A DNA stretch of 64,000 bases from Prorocentrum cordatum (GCA_963575745.1 CAUYUJ010000314.1:62001-126000), one strand, 5' to 3'; positions 26,440 to 40,695 are shown, counted from the stretch's first letter. The notes: generated from the letters alone by a model not told the origin. Translations and numbers: made by a program.

Positions 26440-28780
26440 GCATCCCGTCCTCCAGCATGCGGCCGCCGACTTTCCTCTCAATTCTTGACGCTTCGCGATG
26501 TCCCTGCTGCGTCCACCCCCCTCCGTGTACCTGTGCTCAGCGGCTTTTGGCTGCGCCCCCCACCCCCCCCGCAGGAGGCCGAGGGGAACGACAATGGACC
26601 GTTTGTCTTGAGGTACTGTGCAGAAGTGTGGACTCAGCGGATGCTGTGGGTACGGACCGCGTGTCCCGCGGGCTCTCCTGTGGCTTGCATCCTGGCGCCG
26701 GGCTCCCTGGGGGGCCGCCGCTGGTCCTGGGTCCGCCCTCTGTGACTCTGGTACTCTTGCATCCCGTTTCTGTCGGTCAGCGGTGGCGGTGGCACCGCCC
26801 CCTCCAGCGTGGTCCACTTGTGCCGGCGCACTGCCGTGATGTCCCTGCAGCTTCCACCCCCCACCGTGTACCTGTGTTCAGCGGCTTTTGGCTGCACCCC
26901 CCCCCTGCAGGAGGCCGAGGAGGAACAGCAATGCACCGTTTGACTAGAGGTACTGTGAAGGGTGCCTTATGTGAGGCACGGAGGCCCAGCTGCAGGTTCC
27001 ACCCTGCCCCCAGAGGCCGAGAACGAGGCTCCCGTAGGGAACCTAGAGGCGTCCGTGGTCGTGGTTTCTGGAGAGAATCAACACGTGTCCATGGAATTGG
27101 ACGGCGGTGGCCACCCACCAAGGGGGCAGGCCACCTGTCCCCCCCTTGCAGCGACGGGTGCCTCACCTCAGCGACCGCCAGGCGTCGATGGACGAGCGGA
27201 CTCCGAGCAGACAGCCCTGCTCCTGAGGGCCGTCCATCCCTCCTCCTCTTCTGCCCTCCTCCTCCGCCCCCCCATTCATTCACAATGTCTCTGCGGCTTT
27301 TGGCTGCGCCCCCCCCCCCCCTGCAAAGATTGCCGCGGCCGCAGATGTGAGCTCGCCTTGTGACCGGCCCATGGAGCTTCGGTCCCTCGTGGCCGATTCA
27401 GCCTTCGTTCTGCTACAAGGACGCCGCGCCCGTGGTCAAGAAGTTCCGTGCATGGAGGTCCAGGGTATAGTTATCTGTGTCCAGCGGCTTTTGGCTGAAG
27501 CCCCTCCTATCATTCACAAGTCTCTGCGGCTTTTGGCTGCGCCCCCCAGGATAGATTGCATCGACCGTTGAAGAGCGTCCGCCCTGAGACCTGCCCAGGA
27601 TTGGCTTCGACTGTGAGCGGCCCCGCATCGAGTGGTTCAGCCTTCCGCGGTCCATGTATCTGTGTCCAGCGGCTTTTGGCTGCGCCCCCTCCTATCATTC
27701 ACAAGTCTCAGCGGTTTTTGGCTGCGCCCCCCAGCATAGATTGCATCGACCGTTGAAGAGCGTCCGCCCTGAGACCTGCCCAGGATTGGCTTCGGCTGTG
27801 AGCGGCCCCGCATCGAGTGGTTCAGCCTTCCGCGGTCCATGTTCGTTTCGCTCTTCTCGGCGCAGCCACAGCCCCAGTCCTCGCCGGGACATTGCATCGT
27901 TGTGCCCCGGAGCTGCGTGAGTCGGATACGATGCATGTGGACCGGCTACCTGCTGGTGGTTGTCAGCCGCGTGCAAGCACACCAGTGGTCTCTTTTGGGA
28001 CGGTGCCCCGACACCCCTCATTGGCACCAGTGCTCAGCGGCTTTCGGCTGCGGCCCCCTCCTGCCTGTGGTCCGCCCTGGTCCGTCGCCGACCCGGCCAT
28101 GGTTCTGTGTTGGCCCGCTGTCAGCACGCCGCCTGCGAGAGGTACGGGCCAGCTGTTCGGCAGCCGCCAGCCATCGTCACGTCACCGGCGTCGGGGTATC
28201 GGCTTCCGCACGGGCAGCGTGGCAGGTGAGGTTGGGCGCTCGCTGCCGCCAGCCATACATTCGGTGACACCCGGTGTCAGGCTTCGTCAGGTGAGCGGCC
28301 CTGCATTGAATGGTTCAGCCTTCTGCAGTTCGTGGTCGCTTTTTTCAGAGCAGCCCCGGCTACCAGCCCTCGTCAGTACTTTGCATCGTTGTGCCCCCGA
28401 ACTGCGTGAGTCGGATACGATGTGCACGCATTGGCTACCGGCTGGAGGTGGCTCAGCCTCGTGAGCGCACGCTAGTGGTCTTCCTCTACTGGGGGGCGCT
28501 CTGACGTGGATCAGCCACACCTTTGCAAGTGAGCGGCCCTGCATTGAGTGGTTCAGCCTTCTGCAGTTCGTGTTCGCTCTCTTCAGAGCAGCCCCAGCTA
28601 CAAACCCTCGTCAGTACCTTGCATCGTTGTGCCCCCGAACTGCGTGAGTCGGAGACGATGTGCTCGTATTGGCTACCAGGTGGAGGTGGCTCAGCTTCGT
28701 GGGCGCACACCAGTGGTCTTTCTACTGGTTGGCGCTCTGACGCGTTCAGCCACACCTGAGGTCCAGTGAGCCTCGATGAG
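26440..28780. repeat. Nested tandem repeats (~182-bp pair 27474-27840; ~240-bp units 27797-28760)
   Basis: Near-identical duplicated units; GCGGCTTTTGGCTGC motif recurs. Confidence 0.85.
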
Positions 28781-30309
28781 TCAGGCCTTGCCGCACCATC
28801 GTTCACCCGGGGTGCTGCAATGAGTCTGAGTTAGTCGCTCGCGCTCGCCCTCTCCCCCCTCTCTTGCCGCCTGTACCGCTTGTGGTTTGGCTGGAGCTTG
28901 GCGCCGAAAGGGCGACTTCTCCCCGCCGTCCCGCCGCCGGTCGCCGCGCCTTGGCGTCCCCACCCGCTGGGATATCTGTGCCGGTCTCCTGGCGCTTAAT
29001 GTGGGTCATTTTGTCCCTTGCATGTGCACGCGCCTGTGCGGCCAATTATCTTCGTTCCGCGCCTCGGACGTTACCCCGCTTCTTGACCTTCGCCAGGGAG
29101 CCGCCAACAAACAAATATTCCCACCAGCTCTGTTCGGCGACTGCGAATCCGCGTCCGCCCGCGACCAAAAAAAAAATCCCCACCAGCCCGTCCAGAATTG
29201 ATTGCCAGCTTCCCCGAGGCCTGTTGGAGGCTATCATGAGCCATGCTCGGCTAGAGGCTTCCGGAAGCTATTATGAGCCATGCTCGGCTATGTCGGGCCA
29301 TATTCAGGCTGTCTTGAGGCCTCTTGGAGATCAGTCGGAGGCTATCTTGAGCCATGCTTGGCTATCTTGGGCCATTTTGGAGGCCATCTTGGGCTATCTA
29401 GGGTTCTCTTGGAACCATCTTGGGCCAAAAAGGGCGGGGTGGAGAATCTTCAGGAGAGGCTGGGAGGCCTCTCGGGGCCGTCTTGGGCCCCACTGTTCAA
29501 AAAAAACGGAAGTCCTCAATTCAGGTCCCTCCCTCGGAGGCTCTCGAATGGCGTCTTGGGGACGTGTTGGAGCGCTCTTTGGAAGCCTCTTGGGCGATCT
29601 TGGGGCCGTTTTGGGCCTTCTTGGGCCCCTCTTGGGGCTCTCTTGGGCCATCTTGGGGCCATCTTGATGCCTCAGGGGCCCATCGGAAGCGAAAAGACGA
29701 GAATGCCAAACACATGACTTCCTCTAGGCTTTTGAAAGGTTTTGGCTTCTTGGAGGGCGCCGTGGAGGGCTCGAAGGGCACTTTGATCCGTCTTGAGGGC
29801 TCTTGGAGGTGTGTCGGAGGCTATCTTGACCCATCTTGAGGTATCTTGGGCCATCTTGGAGGCCATCTTGCGACTTGGAGCGCCTCTTGGAACCACCTTG
29901 AGCCATCTTGGACGCTCTAACGCCTCCATCCCCCCCCCCCTCCAGGTCCAGGGGAAGGTTACCCCTCCCCCGAGCAGGGGAAGGAAGGGGAAGAGAGAAG
30001 ACCAAACTCGTTATACCACCGTAGCCCTAAAGGGCTGGTGGGACTTCCACCTGTAGACTTCCAGCCTCCATCAGCTCAGGTCTCCGACCTCTAGCGTCCG
30101 GCATCCGACTTTCCACCTTCACCTCCACTCAAGCGTCCACCAACGCTGCGCCCTGAGCCCCGCCCCGGGCGCTACCGCGCACTCGCCTCGCCTCGCCTCC
30201 GCGCCCAGAAACATCGTATGTGCAAGGATCAATATTAGAAGGCGAAGCGCAGCGAGCCTTAAAATCTTGTATATATATATATATACATATGTATATATAT
30301 ATATGTATA

Positions 30310-30960
30310 CACCACTTGGTTCTGCATCAGCAATTTTCAAAAATGCTTGCGCCCGCGCTCCATCGGCAACACATATGTTTTCAACATGTTCATTCGATTC
30401 GGCCAAACGGGCTCGTCGCGCCGCGCGTCGAAATCATTTGAACGCAATTGCGCGCATGCTGGGGGGGGGGGCGGGGGGCATGTTCCGTGTCAGAGAATAC
30501 CATGCGGGCCACTGTAGCGCGTCGGCCGCGCGCGCATGTCGAATTCCTTCGCAAACTTTCATCAACGACGCGAGGACGCCGTCAGCGTCGTCGGCGTGAT
30601 AAGCATCGGCGCCGTCACTTGCCTTGCCGCTGTCTGTTTCATCATCGCCACCAGCATCGTTACCAACATCGTCGCGTCAACCTTTGTCTACGTTGCCATC
30701 ATACCGCGCCCGCCCCAGTCGCGGACTTGCATTGAAGTGCCCCCCCTGGGAAATGCTTAGCGGTCAGCGCCACCGCGGCCGCGTCGGTCGCGCCAAACTA
30801 GCTGGCCGCTGCGCGTGCGACGGTGCGCGGGCAAGCGCGGCCGCAGGGATGCACCAGCGAACGCCAGGAACTCAGCGCAATCGCTGCCACATGGGCTTTG
30901 CAAGCCAAGTTGCGGTTGGGTGGGGGGGTGGGATGATTGCGTGAACAGGTGGGTGGGTAA
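30310..30960 (+). repeat. Dispersed repeat family A, copy 3
   Basis: Colinear with 23760-24400. Confidence 0.85.
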
Positions 30961-31649
30961 CTCATTGCGTTGCACCGCATAGACTGCACAACCTAGGCGG
31001 CATCACATAGCTTGCACAACATAGTGGCCCGCATGATTTGCACCGCGTGGGTTGCACAACGTATGTAGCACCACATAGAATGCACAGCATATGTTGCACA
31101 GATATCACACAACATGGATTGCACCACCAATATTGCACAACATACATTGCTACACGCGCGCACGGTGCCCAGGGTCCACGGTGGCTAACATTTTGAAAAA
31201 GAGCCGCCCTCCGTCCTTGACGTGGTTGCGAACTTTGATGCAGAACCACACTCTCACAATCCGCCCTCAATCCTGCAACTTATTGTAAACAGTGAAAACG
31301 CGCGGCGGTAAGACGAGAGCCACATGTCCCAAAGGATGCACCCTCCTTTTTTGACGCGGTTGCAAACTGTAAAACAACTTCGTGCGGCGATCAGGCGAGA
31401 GCACCAATCAGTTCGAAAAGGGCCCTCCCTCAATCTTCGAAACTGCTGCAAATTGCTTCAGGATAATAAGTGGTAAGGGGATTTCAGGTTAAACGCCTGG
31501 CCTTCTCTACCGACGCGTCAGGCAGAAACGTCTGTTTTTTCCAAACCATCCTGTCGTGTTGGGTCCCCGCTGTGAATCGACAGCGCCCCGCGTCTCACTC
31601 ACTCCTTCCTCCTCGCTCTTCTCCCTCCTCCCATCGTTGCCTCTGCCCT

Positions 31650-32250
31650 TTGCGTGTTCATGTCGGCACGCCCCTCACACGTTGTCGTGGGCACATCCGG
31701 AGATCCACTGAATGTCCCAGTGGCACCGTTCACGTGCTTCCCCCATCCATTCCGGCACACCCCTCACATGATTCGTGGCCTCACAAATAGCTCTACCGAA
31801 TGTCTCAGTGGCAGATTTCGCATGCGTCTCATCCAACCATTGCCGCACACACCTCATACGTTTCGTGGCCCCACGGTGAGTTCCGCTGAAGGTCCCAGTG
31901 GCACACTTCGCGTGCGCCTCCCCCCACCCATGTCGGCCCACGCCTCACACGCATCGTATCCCCATAGGGATCTCCACCTAAGGTCCCATTGGCAGAGTTC
32001 GCATGCGTCTCCCCCGCCCATGTCGCCCCCCCCCGCATACGCTTCGTTGTCCCGTAGGGAGCTCCACCGAAGGTCCCAGTGGCATAGTTTGCATGCGTTT
32101 CCCACACCCACTTCGACACACCGCTCAAACGTTTCGTGGCTCCGCAGGGAGCCCCACCGAAGGTCCCAGTGGCGACGGTCGCGTGCGTCTCCCCAGCCCA
32201 TTTCGGCGCATCCCTTACACGCTTCGTGGCCCCATGGGGATCTCGACCGA
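31650..32250. repeat. ~90-bp tandem repeat (AGGTCCCAGTGGCA...)
   Basis: About six units with anchors at ~31712, 31800, 31890, 31981, 32071 and 32161. Confidence 0.88.
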
Positions 32251-34221
32251 AAGCGGTACCCACAACGCAGTGCTCTTAATTGCACGTGTTTGGGCCTTTC
32301 GCCAGGATATGGTTTTCAGGATCTCCTTGTGGATGGAATGACGTATTGGAATCTCCCTGCTAGTTATCTTGAGAGCGCATCCCCAAAAATCTCCAGCAGG
32401 CTTTGGAGGATGCACGAGGGATGGCGATAATGGTGGTGGTGGTGGTGGCGATTATGCGGTGGACGGACGGCACGCTGCTGCGGGCCGCTCGTTCCCCACA
32501 AGTCGGGGGCGGAAAAGAGGGGGGAGATGACTAGGGGGGTGGTGGATATCATGGCGGGGGCCATGATATTTCCCCAGATTCCATGGCGCCTCTTCTTATC
32601 TCATCACGTCCCTGGCCCCCCCGCTGGGCCGCGCACGTGCCGCCGGTCATCATTTGCACCCCCCCTCTTGGACACCCCCCTCTTGGCCGCCCCCGAACAA
32701 GACGGCCGCCCGAGGCAGAGATGCCCCGAGCGAAGCTGCCTCAGAGCCTTCCCGCCGACCGCGGGGCCGCGACCACGCACCCAGGGCAGGTCTTGAGAGG
32801 GCGCCAGCCCCAGCACGAAGCGACACCACCTCCTCCTCCTCCTCCTCCTCCTCCTCCTCCTCCTCCTCCTCCTCCTCCTCCTCCTCTCACGAAGCGACAC
32901 CACGCCACGCGCGCTCTCCCATGTGGGGCGAGTCAGCGCATCGAGGCCAGGCGTCGTGAAGCGGAGCTTCGGTCGAGGGGGTCTGGGCGGTCTTGGTCAG
33001 CTCGCCTCCGCTCCTCCCTTATTCCCTCCTCCTTCGTTCTTCTTCCTTCCTCCCTTCTTCCTCCTCCCTTGTCCGCCCTCCTCCCTCCTGCCGCCTCGCT
33101 CCTTTTTCCTCGCTCCTCTGTCCTCCGCTGCCCCGCCCCCCTCTCCCCCCCTCCCTCCTGCCCGGCAAGCCTGCGCCCGGACGACGACTCCCCACCGAGT
33201 GCGTGCCTACTCGTGTGGGGAACGGAGGCTGGCACCAGGCATGAAAACTCGGAGGCCCGCGCGGCTTTCTCGGCCCTGCGCTGGACCCCCCCCCTGGCGG
33301 CGCCTCCGGCGCCGCCATGCCGCCGAGCCCCCGTCGCTGCGCGCCGCTGCCGCGCCCTGCGCCGCGCGCCCCTCGCCCGCGGGCAGGGCGCGCGCGTGCG
33401 ATCGGGGGGGCCCTGCGCCGGCGCCCGCGCTGCGCAGAGGCCCCATCGGGCCTCCGAGGGCCGTCGGGGGCAGCGCTGAGGGGGGGAGAGGCATACAGGG
33501 CAGTTTTCAATACATAGGATTCTGAAGACTATGGGATTTTTAATACATGCTTAATTCATGAATGAACTTAGGCATGACCTCCTCGTGGTTTTTAATACTA
33601 CTTCCTTGCATTTTCAAGACATGATCCGCACGCGGAGCATGTAGTAACAACGGCACTGTGGGGGGTTGATGCATCGACCCCCAGTCGCCCACTGATCGCC
33701 GATGGGGGCCCGATAGCCCCAGCCTGCTCAGGACGGTGCGGATTCGCTATCGGGGGCTATTGCCGACCTATCGGCGATGCATCGCCGATCCCAGGTCGAT
33801 GCATCCCCCCCTGTGCCAGTGCCCCCCTATCGTTGGAGGCGCCGAGAGCGCGCTCGCGCTGCCGTTTGCCGCTCGAGCTTGACCCACCTTTCTTTGCAGT
33901 GGAGCGCCGTCTGGCCAACGGCTCAGGCAGCCGTGCGTGGACCCTGCCGCGACCGCCGCTCGATCCGGGCCAGTATACGTTCCCCAGCAGGGGCTCAGAA
34001 TTTGTGAGCGGGCGCGGGCGAAGTGAGCCACCACTGGCGAACCCCCACTGGTTCGCGTCGACAGGCAGCAGGGGCAGGGTTCGCACTCGGCTGCCCGTGT
34101 CACCCCCCTCACCAGGTAAGGCAGCTGCTGCGCTGCGGGTGCCCGTGCCCCGAGGTTCTCGGTTGGCTCTGTTGAGGAGTCGGACGGCGATCGGGAGTGG
34201 GAGCGTGACGGAATGCCTTGC

Positions 34222-35795
34222 CGAGGAGGAGGAGGAGGAGGAGGAGGAGGAGGAGGAGGATATGGAGGATGAGGATGAGGAGGAGTGTAGAGGAGAGGAG
34301 GAGGAGGAGGGATTGGAGGAGGAGGAGAGGAGGAGGAGGAGGAGAGGAGGAGGAGTGAGGTAGAGGAGGGAGGAGAGTGTAGGGAGGAGGAGGAGGAGGC
34401 AGTGATGTTAGGTATGTGAGGTAGTAGTAGGAGTAGGAGGGAGTGAGGGAGAGGTAGGAGGTAGAGGGGAGGAGGGAGGAGGAGGAGGAGGTAGGAGGAG
34501 GAGGAGGAAGAGGAGGAGGAGGTAGGAGGAGGAGGAGGAGGAGGTAGGAGGAGGGTAGGGGAGGAGGGGGAGGGGGAGGAGGGAGGCGGGAGGGGCAGGA
34601 GGTAGGAGGGGTGGGAGTGGCATGAGGAGGTAGGAGGAGAGAGGAAGGAGGAGGAGGGAGGAGTTGAGGAGGAGGAGGAGGAGGGGGGGGAGGAGCGAGG
34701 AGCAGGAGGCAGGGGCCAGGAGGAGTAGAGGAGGAGGAGAGGAGGAGGAGGAGAGGTAGGGGAGAAGAGGAGAGATGGAGAAGAGAGAGAGGAGGATAGA
34801 GGAGTGAGGAGAGGATGAGGTAGGGAGGAGGAGGTAGGAGGAGGAGGAGGAGGAGGAGGAGAGGAGGAGGAGGCTGAAGAACAACAACAGCAACCTGGTG
34901 CAACTTATGTGCTATGGGTCCTTCGCGGCACGCAGCGAGTTGCTGGCCAACCCAGCGAGGAGTTGGAGGAGGAGGGCGAGGAGGAGGAGGAGGAGAAGAA
35001 GGAAGAGGAGGATGATAAGTTGGAGGAGGAGGAGGAGGAGGAGGAGGAGAAGGAGGGGAATTGGATTAGGCGAGGGGAGGGTATCGATGGTGTGGGACGT
35101 CTCTTGTCTTTTTCTGGCCTCGCGGGTCTTCTGGGGACTTCGGATACCTCCAGGGGCCTCCTCCTCCAACAAGATGGGCAGATTTTACTATAGAACAGAA
35201 GGAGGGGAGAGAACGATGCCGAAGGGGTGGGAGGCGGAGACCGGAGAAAAAAAGCCTGAAGAGAGGAAATGAGGACGAGGAGGAGGAGGAGGAGGAGAGG
35301 AGGAAGGAGGAGGGACCAAGGGGAGGAGGCGGAGGAGGAGGAGCAGGAGGAGGAGGAGGAGGAGGAGGAGGCGAATTTGGAGAAGCAGAAGGGAGAGGAG
35401 GAGGAGGAGGAGGAGGATGAGGAAGAGGAGAAGGAGAAGGAGGAAGACCGATGAGGTAGGAGGAATCTGACTCTTGTTACTGCGATTAGATTAGACTCTG
35501 CGCTGCGCGCTGACTCTTGTTACTGAGGACGAGGCGGAGGAGGAGGAGGGGGAGGAGGGGGAGGAGGAGGAGGCTGAGTAGGAGTAGGAGAAGGTGGAGG
35601 AGGAGGAGGAGGAGGGCGAGGAGGAGGAGGAGGAGGAGGAGGAGGAGGAGGAGGAGGAGGAGGAGGAGGGAGGAGGGGGAGGAGGAGAAGCCGTAGGATC
35701 GAGGGGTAGGAATACTATAACGAACATTGAGGAGGAGAAGGAGGAGGAGGAGGAGGAGGAGGAGAAGGAGGATCAGGTGGAGGAGGAGGAGGAAG
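34222..35795. repeat. (GGA)n microsatellite field with unique islands
   Basis: Direct reading of the sequence. Confidence 0.92.
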
Positions 35796-36739
35796 TTTGC
35801 CAGGTCGGACTAACCAGCGGGCCCCGCCCATGTCCACTCCTGCCTCCACTACCATAAGAACCGAGTGTGGCACAATTCGGCATTGGGCCTGGAGCGACGC
35901 GTTCCGACATAGCGAACGGAAGGCGATCGCTGGCGGTCCCGCTTCCGACGATCTGGCGAGGGGAACTCCACTCTGGCCGCGCAGGTGCAGGAGCGGAACT
36001 TCAGAAAATCATTGCACGGCGCAGCTGCGAGAGCACCATTCAGCCTTCTCTCGGGCGGCCAGACTTCCCATGAGCGTGGCGAGTGCGCCGCGCCGAGACA
36101 GCACTGCCACTCTGATGCGGCGCTGTTTCGGGGACTAGGAGCCACATGGTTCCAGCTTGCTGGACTGCTGCTTACAGTGGTGGAAACCCGTGCCAGGAAA
36201 CACCCTGTTTGCCTCCAGGATGCCCTGGGTTTCTTGCGTTTCGATGGCTTTGCCATGGAAGGCGTGACGGTCCCACACCAGAAATCAATGAACGTCCTGG
36301 GGTCTCAGGGTTGGGCTTCTTGTGGAAGGCTTATTGTGGTCGAGCTCGTACTGTACGCGTGATCCTTTCGAGGGGGAGGTCCTGTCAGCTCGAGCCAGCG
36401 CAGCGGCGCGGGCCTCTCGCCCCCTGCCGTCCGGCAGAGGGCGGTCCACACCGAGGGCGGGCACCGACGGGGCCCCGGACACCTCGCGGCGCACAGCCGG
36501 GGCAAGCCACCCACAGGCCAGCAGGCCCTTGGGGCTCTTGGGCCGAGGCGCGCAGCATCGTGCAGGCAGACTTGCTTCCGCGAGCAGGTGGGGGTGAGGA
36601 AGGAGGGCGGCGCGGATTCGGCGGCTCGAATGCGGGGCTTAGGGGGCAGGGCATCGAGTGCGCTTGGGGCACGGAGTGCCCCCGAAGGGAGAGGGCATCG
36701 ACCGCGACCCGAGGTCGTGGGGCTGGTCGTAGAAGCACC

Positions 36740-36755
36740 AGTCGTAGTAGTAGTA

Positions 36756-36787
<32 letters not shown>

Positions 36788-36794
36788 AGTCGTC

Positions 36795-36830
<36 letters not shown>

Positions 36831-37150
36831 ATAGTAGTGGTAGTGGTAGTGGTAGTGGTAGTGGTAGTGGTAGTGGTAGTGGTAGTGGTAGTGGTAGTGG
36901 TAGTGGTAGTGGTAGTGGTAGTGGTATTNNNNNNNNNNNNNNNNNNNNNNNNNNNNNNNNNNNNNNNNNNNNNNNNNNNNNNNNNNNNNNNNNNNNNNNN
37001 NNNNNNNNNNNNNNNNNNNNNNNNNNNNAGTTGTAGTAGTAGTAGTCGTATAGTATATTTTAGTATAGTATAGTATAGTAGTAGTAGTTGTAGCAGCAGC
37101 AACAGTAGTAGTAGTAGCAGCAGTAGTAGTAGCAGTAGTAGTAGTAGTAC

Positions 37151-37210
<60 letters not shown>

Positions 37211-37684
37211 CAGTAGTAGTAGTAGTAGTAGTAGTAGTAGCAGTAGTAGTAGTAGTAAGTCGTAGTAAGTAGTAATAGTAGTAATAGTAGTAGGAGTAGT
37301 AGTATTAGTAGTAGTAGTTAGCAGCAGCAGCAGCAGCAGCGCATAGTAGTATAGTATAGTAGTAGTGTAATCGTAATCGTAGCGTAGTATAAGTAGTCCG
37401 TAGTAGTAAGTAGTATTAGTAGTAGTAGTAGTAAGTAAGTTAGTTATTAGTAGTAGTAGTAGTTGTGTAATAGTCGTAGGTAGTTAGTCGTAGTAGTGTA
37501 GTAGTAGTAGTGTAGTAGTAGTAGTAGTAGTAGTAGTGTATTACTAGTAGTAGTAGTCGTAGTAAGTAGTCGTAGTAATTAGTAGAGTAGTATTAGTAGG
37601 AGTAGAGTAGGAGTAGGAGTAGTAGTCGTAGTAGTATTAATAGTATTGTAAGTAGTAGGTGTAATATGTAGTGTAGTGTTAGTG

Positions 37685-37724
<40 letters not shown>

Positions 37725-37745
37725 GAGTAGGAGTAGGAGTAGTAA

Positions 37746-37804
<59 letters not shown>

Positions 37805-37900
37805 CTGGTCATTTTCCTAGTACTTGCAGTGTGCTTAGTAATCGCATTTGTCCTTGCAGTGTTAGTTTAGGTTGTAGTGGTAGCCGAGCTAGTAGTAGTG
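36740..37900. repeat. (TAG)n/(GGTAGT)n microsatellite; N gap 36929-37028
   Basis: Direct reading of the sequence. Confidence 0.95.
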
Positions 37901-39529
37901 ATAATGTTGGTGGCATGTGTAGTTGTAGTCGTGCCATTCGCTGTAGACGTATACGTCGACCTATCGTTGTACAATATGTTGAGCGCATGATTTGCAACTG
38001 CCCGGCGATGTTTTCCATTAGTCGTAGCATTCCCATGTGAGGTATCAGTAGTGGCCGTAGTGTTCGTGTTAGCAGGATTCTCGGCATGTCGCAGTCGTTG
38101 TAGTAGAGGTAGAGAAGAGAAGACGATCCTCCTGATAAGGAGGAGGGCCCCGCCCACTCCCTCCCTGCCTCCCACAACATAAAAATTGCGCGCGACACCG
38201 GTCGACATTGGGATTGGAACTCGCGCTCACCTTGCAAACTGAACGCGCTCGCGCGCGGCGCTGTCTCCAACGACTTGACTAAGAGAAAGCTGCGCGGGCC
38301 GCGCGGGGACGAGAGCAGCACAACTTCCGATGACCTCGGCGGAGACGAAGCAGGCGCCGCGCTGACGCAGCGCTGCCACTTTCACTCACGAGCTGCGGGC
38401 GCCTGGGCGAGGTCGGCATTTCACAGGCTCCTGCGCAGCTCGGTGCCGCTGTCGTTGCCGTGCGATTCGGCGAGCGAGCCACGCGCCGCGCCCGCGCTGG
38501 AGAACCCCTTCGTGTCGAAATGTGCACGGGGCCTGGGCGAGGGCGACCAGTCGCCCCCTCGCGCGGGGGCCCTCTGGGGCACTCGCGAGCGGAAACTGTG
38601 CGACGCGTCGAGGCGGCAGCGCCGCATTCCGGCGAGATCTGCGCGGCGCCGGGGCGAACACTGCATCCTCGCTCGCTGGCGCGTCGACCAGGTGGCGTGC
38701 GCAGAGTGTGCGCCGCGCCCGGGCGGGAATGTGATTCCCCAGAAGAGTGAGCGCGGCGCCCCGGTGAGCGTAACATTTCGGCCTTCCGCGCGGGATGTGC
38801 GCCCCGTCCCACCCCTGTTGCGTGTGTCCGTGTCGAGACGACAGGCCGTGCTCTTGTAGGTTGGCTCACAGCTCGGATGGGGCCCTGCGGATCTGGTCGT
38901 GATCGGCCGGCCAGCCAGCTAGGTGGCAGAGCCGGAGTACATACACATAAAGAACAATGATAGACTGAGGAAGGAGGAGGAGGGGGCGCATCTCTGCCCG
39001 CCGAGGACATGCCCCCCGAACTCATGACCGCGGGCGACCTGCCAGTCGGGGAGAAAGGTGAGAAAGGCCCCCCCCCCCCCCTCTTATGCGGGCCAGCGTT
39101 TTGAGCCGCAGGCGGAAGGGGACGAGGTCGGAAGGAAATGAGGGGTCGAGGGAAAGAGAAGAGATTGGGGGAGAGGACGAAGGGAGGCGGAGGAGTAGTC
39201 CGAAGAGGAGGAGGAAGAGGCGGAGGAGGAGGAGGAGGAGGAGGAGGAAAAAAGGGGGGAAGATGCTGAGAAGATGGAGGTGGAGGAGGGGAGGAGAAGC
39301 ACTGGGGGTGCGAAAGGGGGAGGAGGAACTGGAGGGGGAGGGGGAGGAGGAGGAGGAGGAGGGGGAGGCGGAAGAGGAAGAGTCAGATGAGGTCAGTGAG
39401 AAGGAGGAGGCGGTGTCGAAGAAATACGGGTCAGTTCTGCTCTTGTCCGCTATCCTCGAACGCGCCAATTCTGCCAACATAAGCTTTGCGAGCACCATGC
39501 CCGACGGACGCGGAAGTCGAAAGGGAAGG

Positions 39530-40465
39530 CTGACGATGATGACATATGATGGTGATAATGATGAGGATGATGCTGATGGTGGTGGTGATGATTATGATGG
39601 TGAGGATGGCAGTGGTCGTGATGGTTGTGGTGAAGGTGAGATGGGGATGATGTTGATGATGCTGATGATTATGGTGATTATAATGATGACGATGACGATG
39701 ATGACGACTACGCTGATGATGGCTTTGGTGCTGCCGCTGATGATGACGATGGTGACGATGATGCTGATGGTGATGATGAGGCCGCTGATGACAAAGATGA
39801 CGATGATGATGACGATGATTATTAGGATGATGATGATGACCCAGATGATGATGTTGATACTGGCGATTTTGACGACGATACTGATGATGCTCATCATGCT
39901 GCTGATGATAAAACGATGACGGTGATGACGACGATGATGATGCTGATGATGATGATGCTGCTGATGATGATGATGTTAATGAATGTGATGATGAAGATGA
40001 TGACGCAGATGTTGAAGATGATGGTGGTGTTGGTGATGATGACGATAATAATACTAATAATAACGATGATGATGGCGACGCCAATGGTGATGCTGATGCT
40101 GATGATGATCCTGCTGCTGAATATTGCGATGCTGACGGCGATTAATGTGACGATGATGATAATGATGATGCTGATGATGATGCTGGTGATGATGCTGACC
40201 ATGATGCTGAAGGAGATGATACGGATACTGCTGCTGCTGCTGTTGGTGATGATGTTTATTATGGCTACGACGATGATTATGCGGACAATGACGACGGCGA
40301 CGACGATTGTTGATGATGATGATCATGATGATGATGATGATGCTGATGAGGCTGCTGATGCTGCTGCTGATGATGATCATCATGATGGCGATGTTGATGC
40401 TGATGATGTTGCTGATGCTGATGATTATGATGATGATGAAGAAGAATGATAATGAGTGATGGTGG

Positions 40466-40503
<38 letters not shown>

Positions 40504-40504
40504 T

Positions 40505-40593
<89 letters not shown>

Positions 40594-40695
40594 GGTGGTG
40601 GTGGTGGTGGTGGTTCTGATGGTGGTGGTGGTGGTCATGATGATGATGATGATGACGAGGAGGAGGAGGAGGAGGAGGAGGAGGAAGAGGAGGGT
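39530..40695. repeat. (GAT)n microsatellite
   Basis: Direct reading of the sequence. Confidence 0.95.

Noticed and set aside
26540..27730. Repeated TTTTGGCTG as an SL RNA gene array
   Set aside because: It lacks the 5' half of the SL and the AAG|GT donor, and is part of a tandem repeat.
29340..29910. SL-like words (GCCATTTTGG; ATGGCTCAAG on the minus strand)
   Set aside because: They are variants of the GGCCATCTTGG repeat unit and are not at an element or gene boundary.
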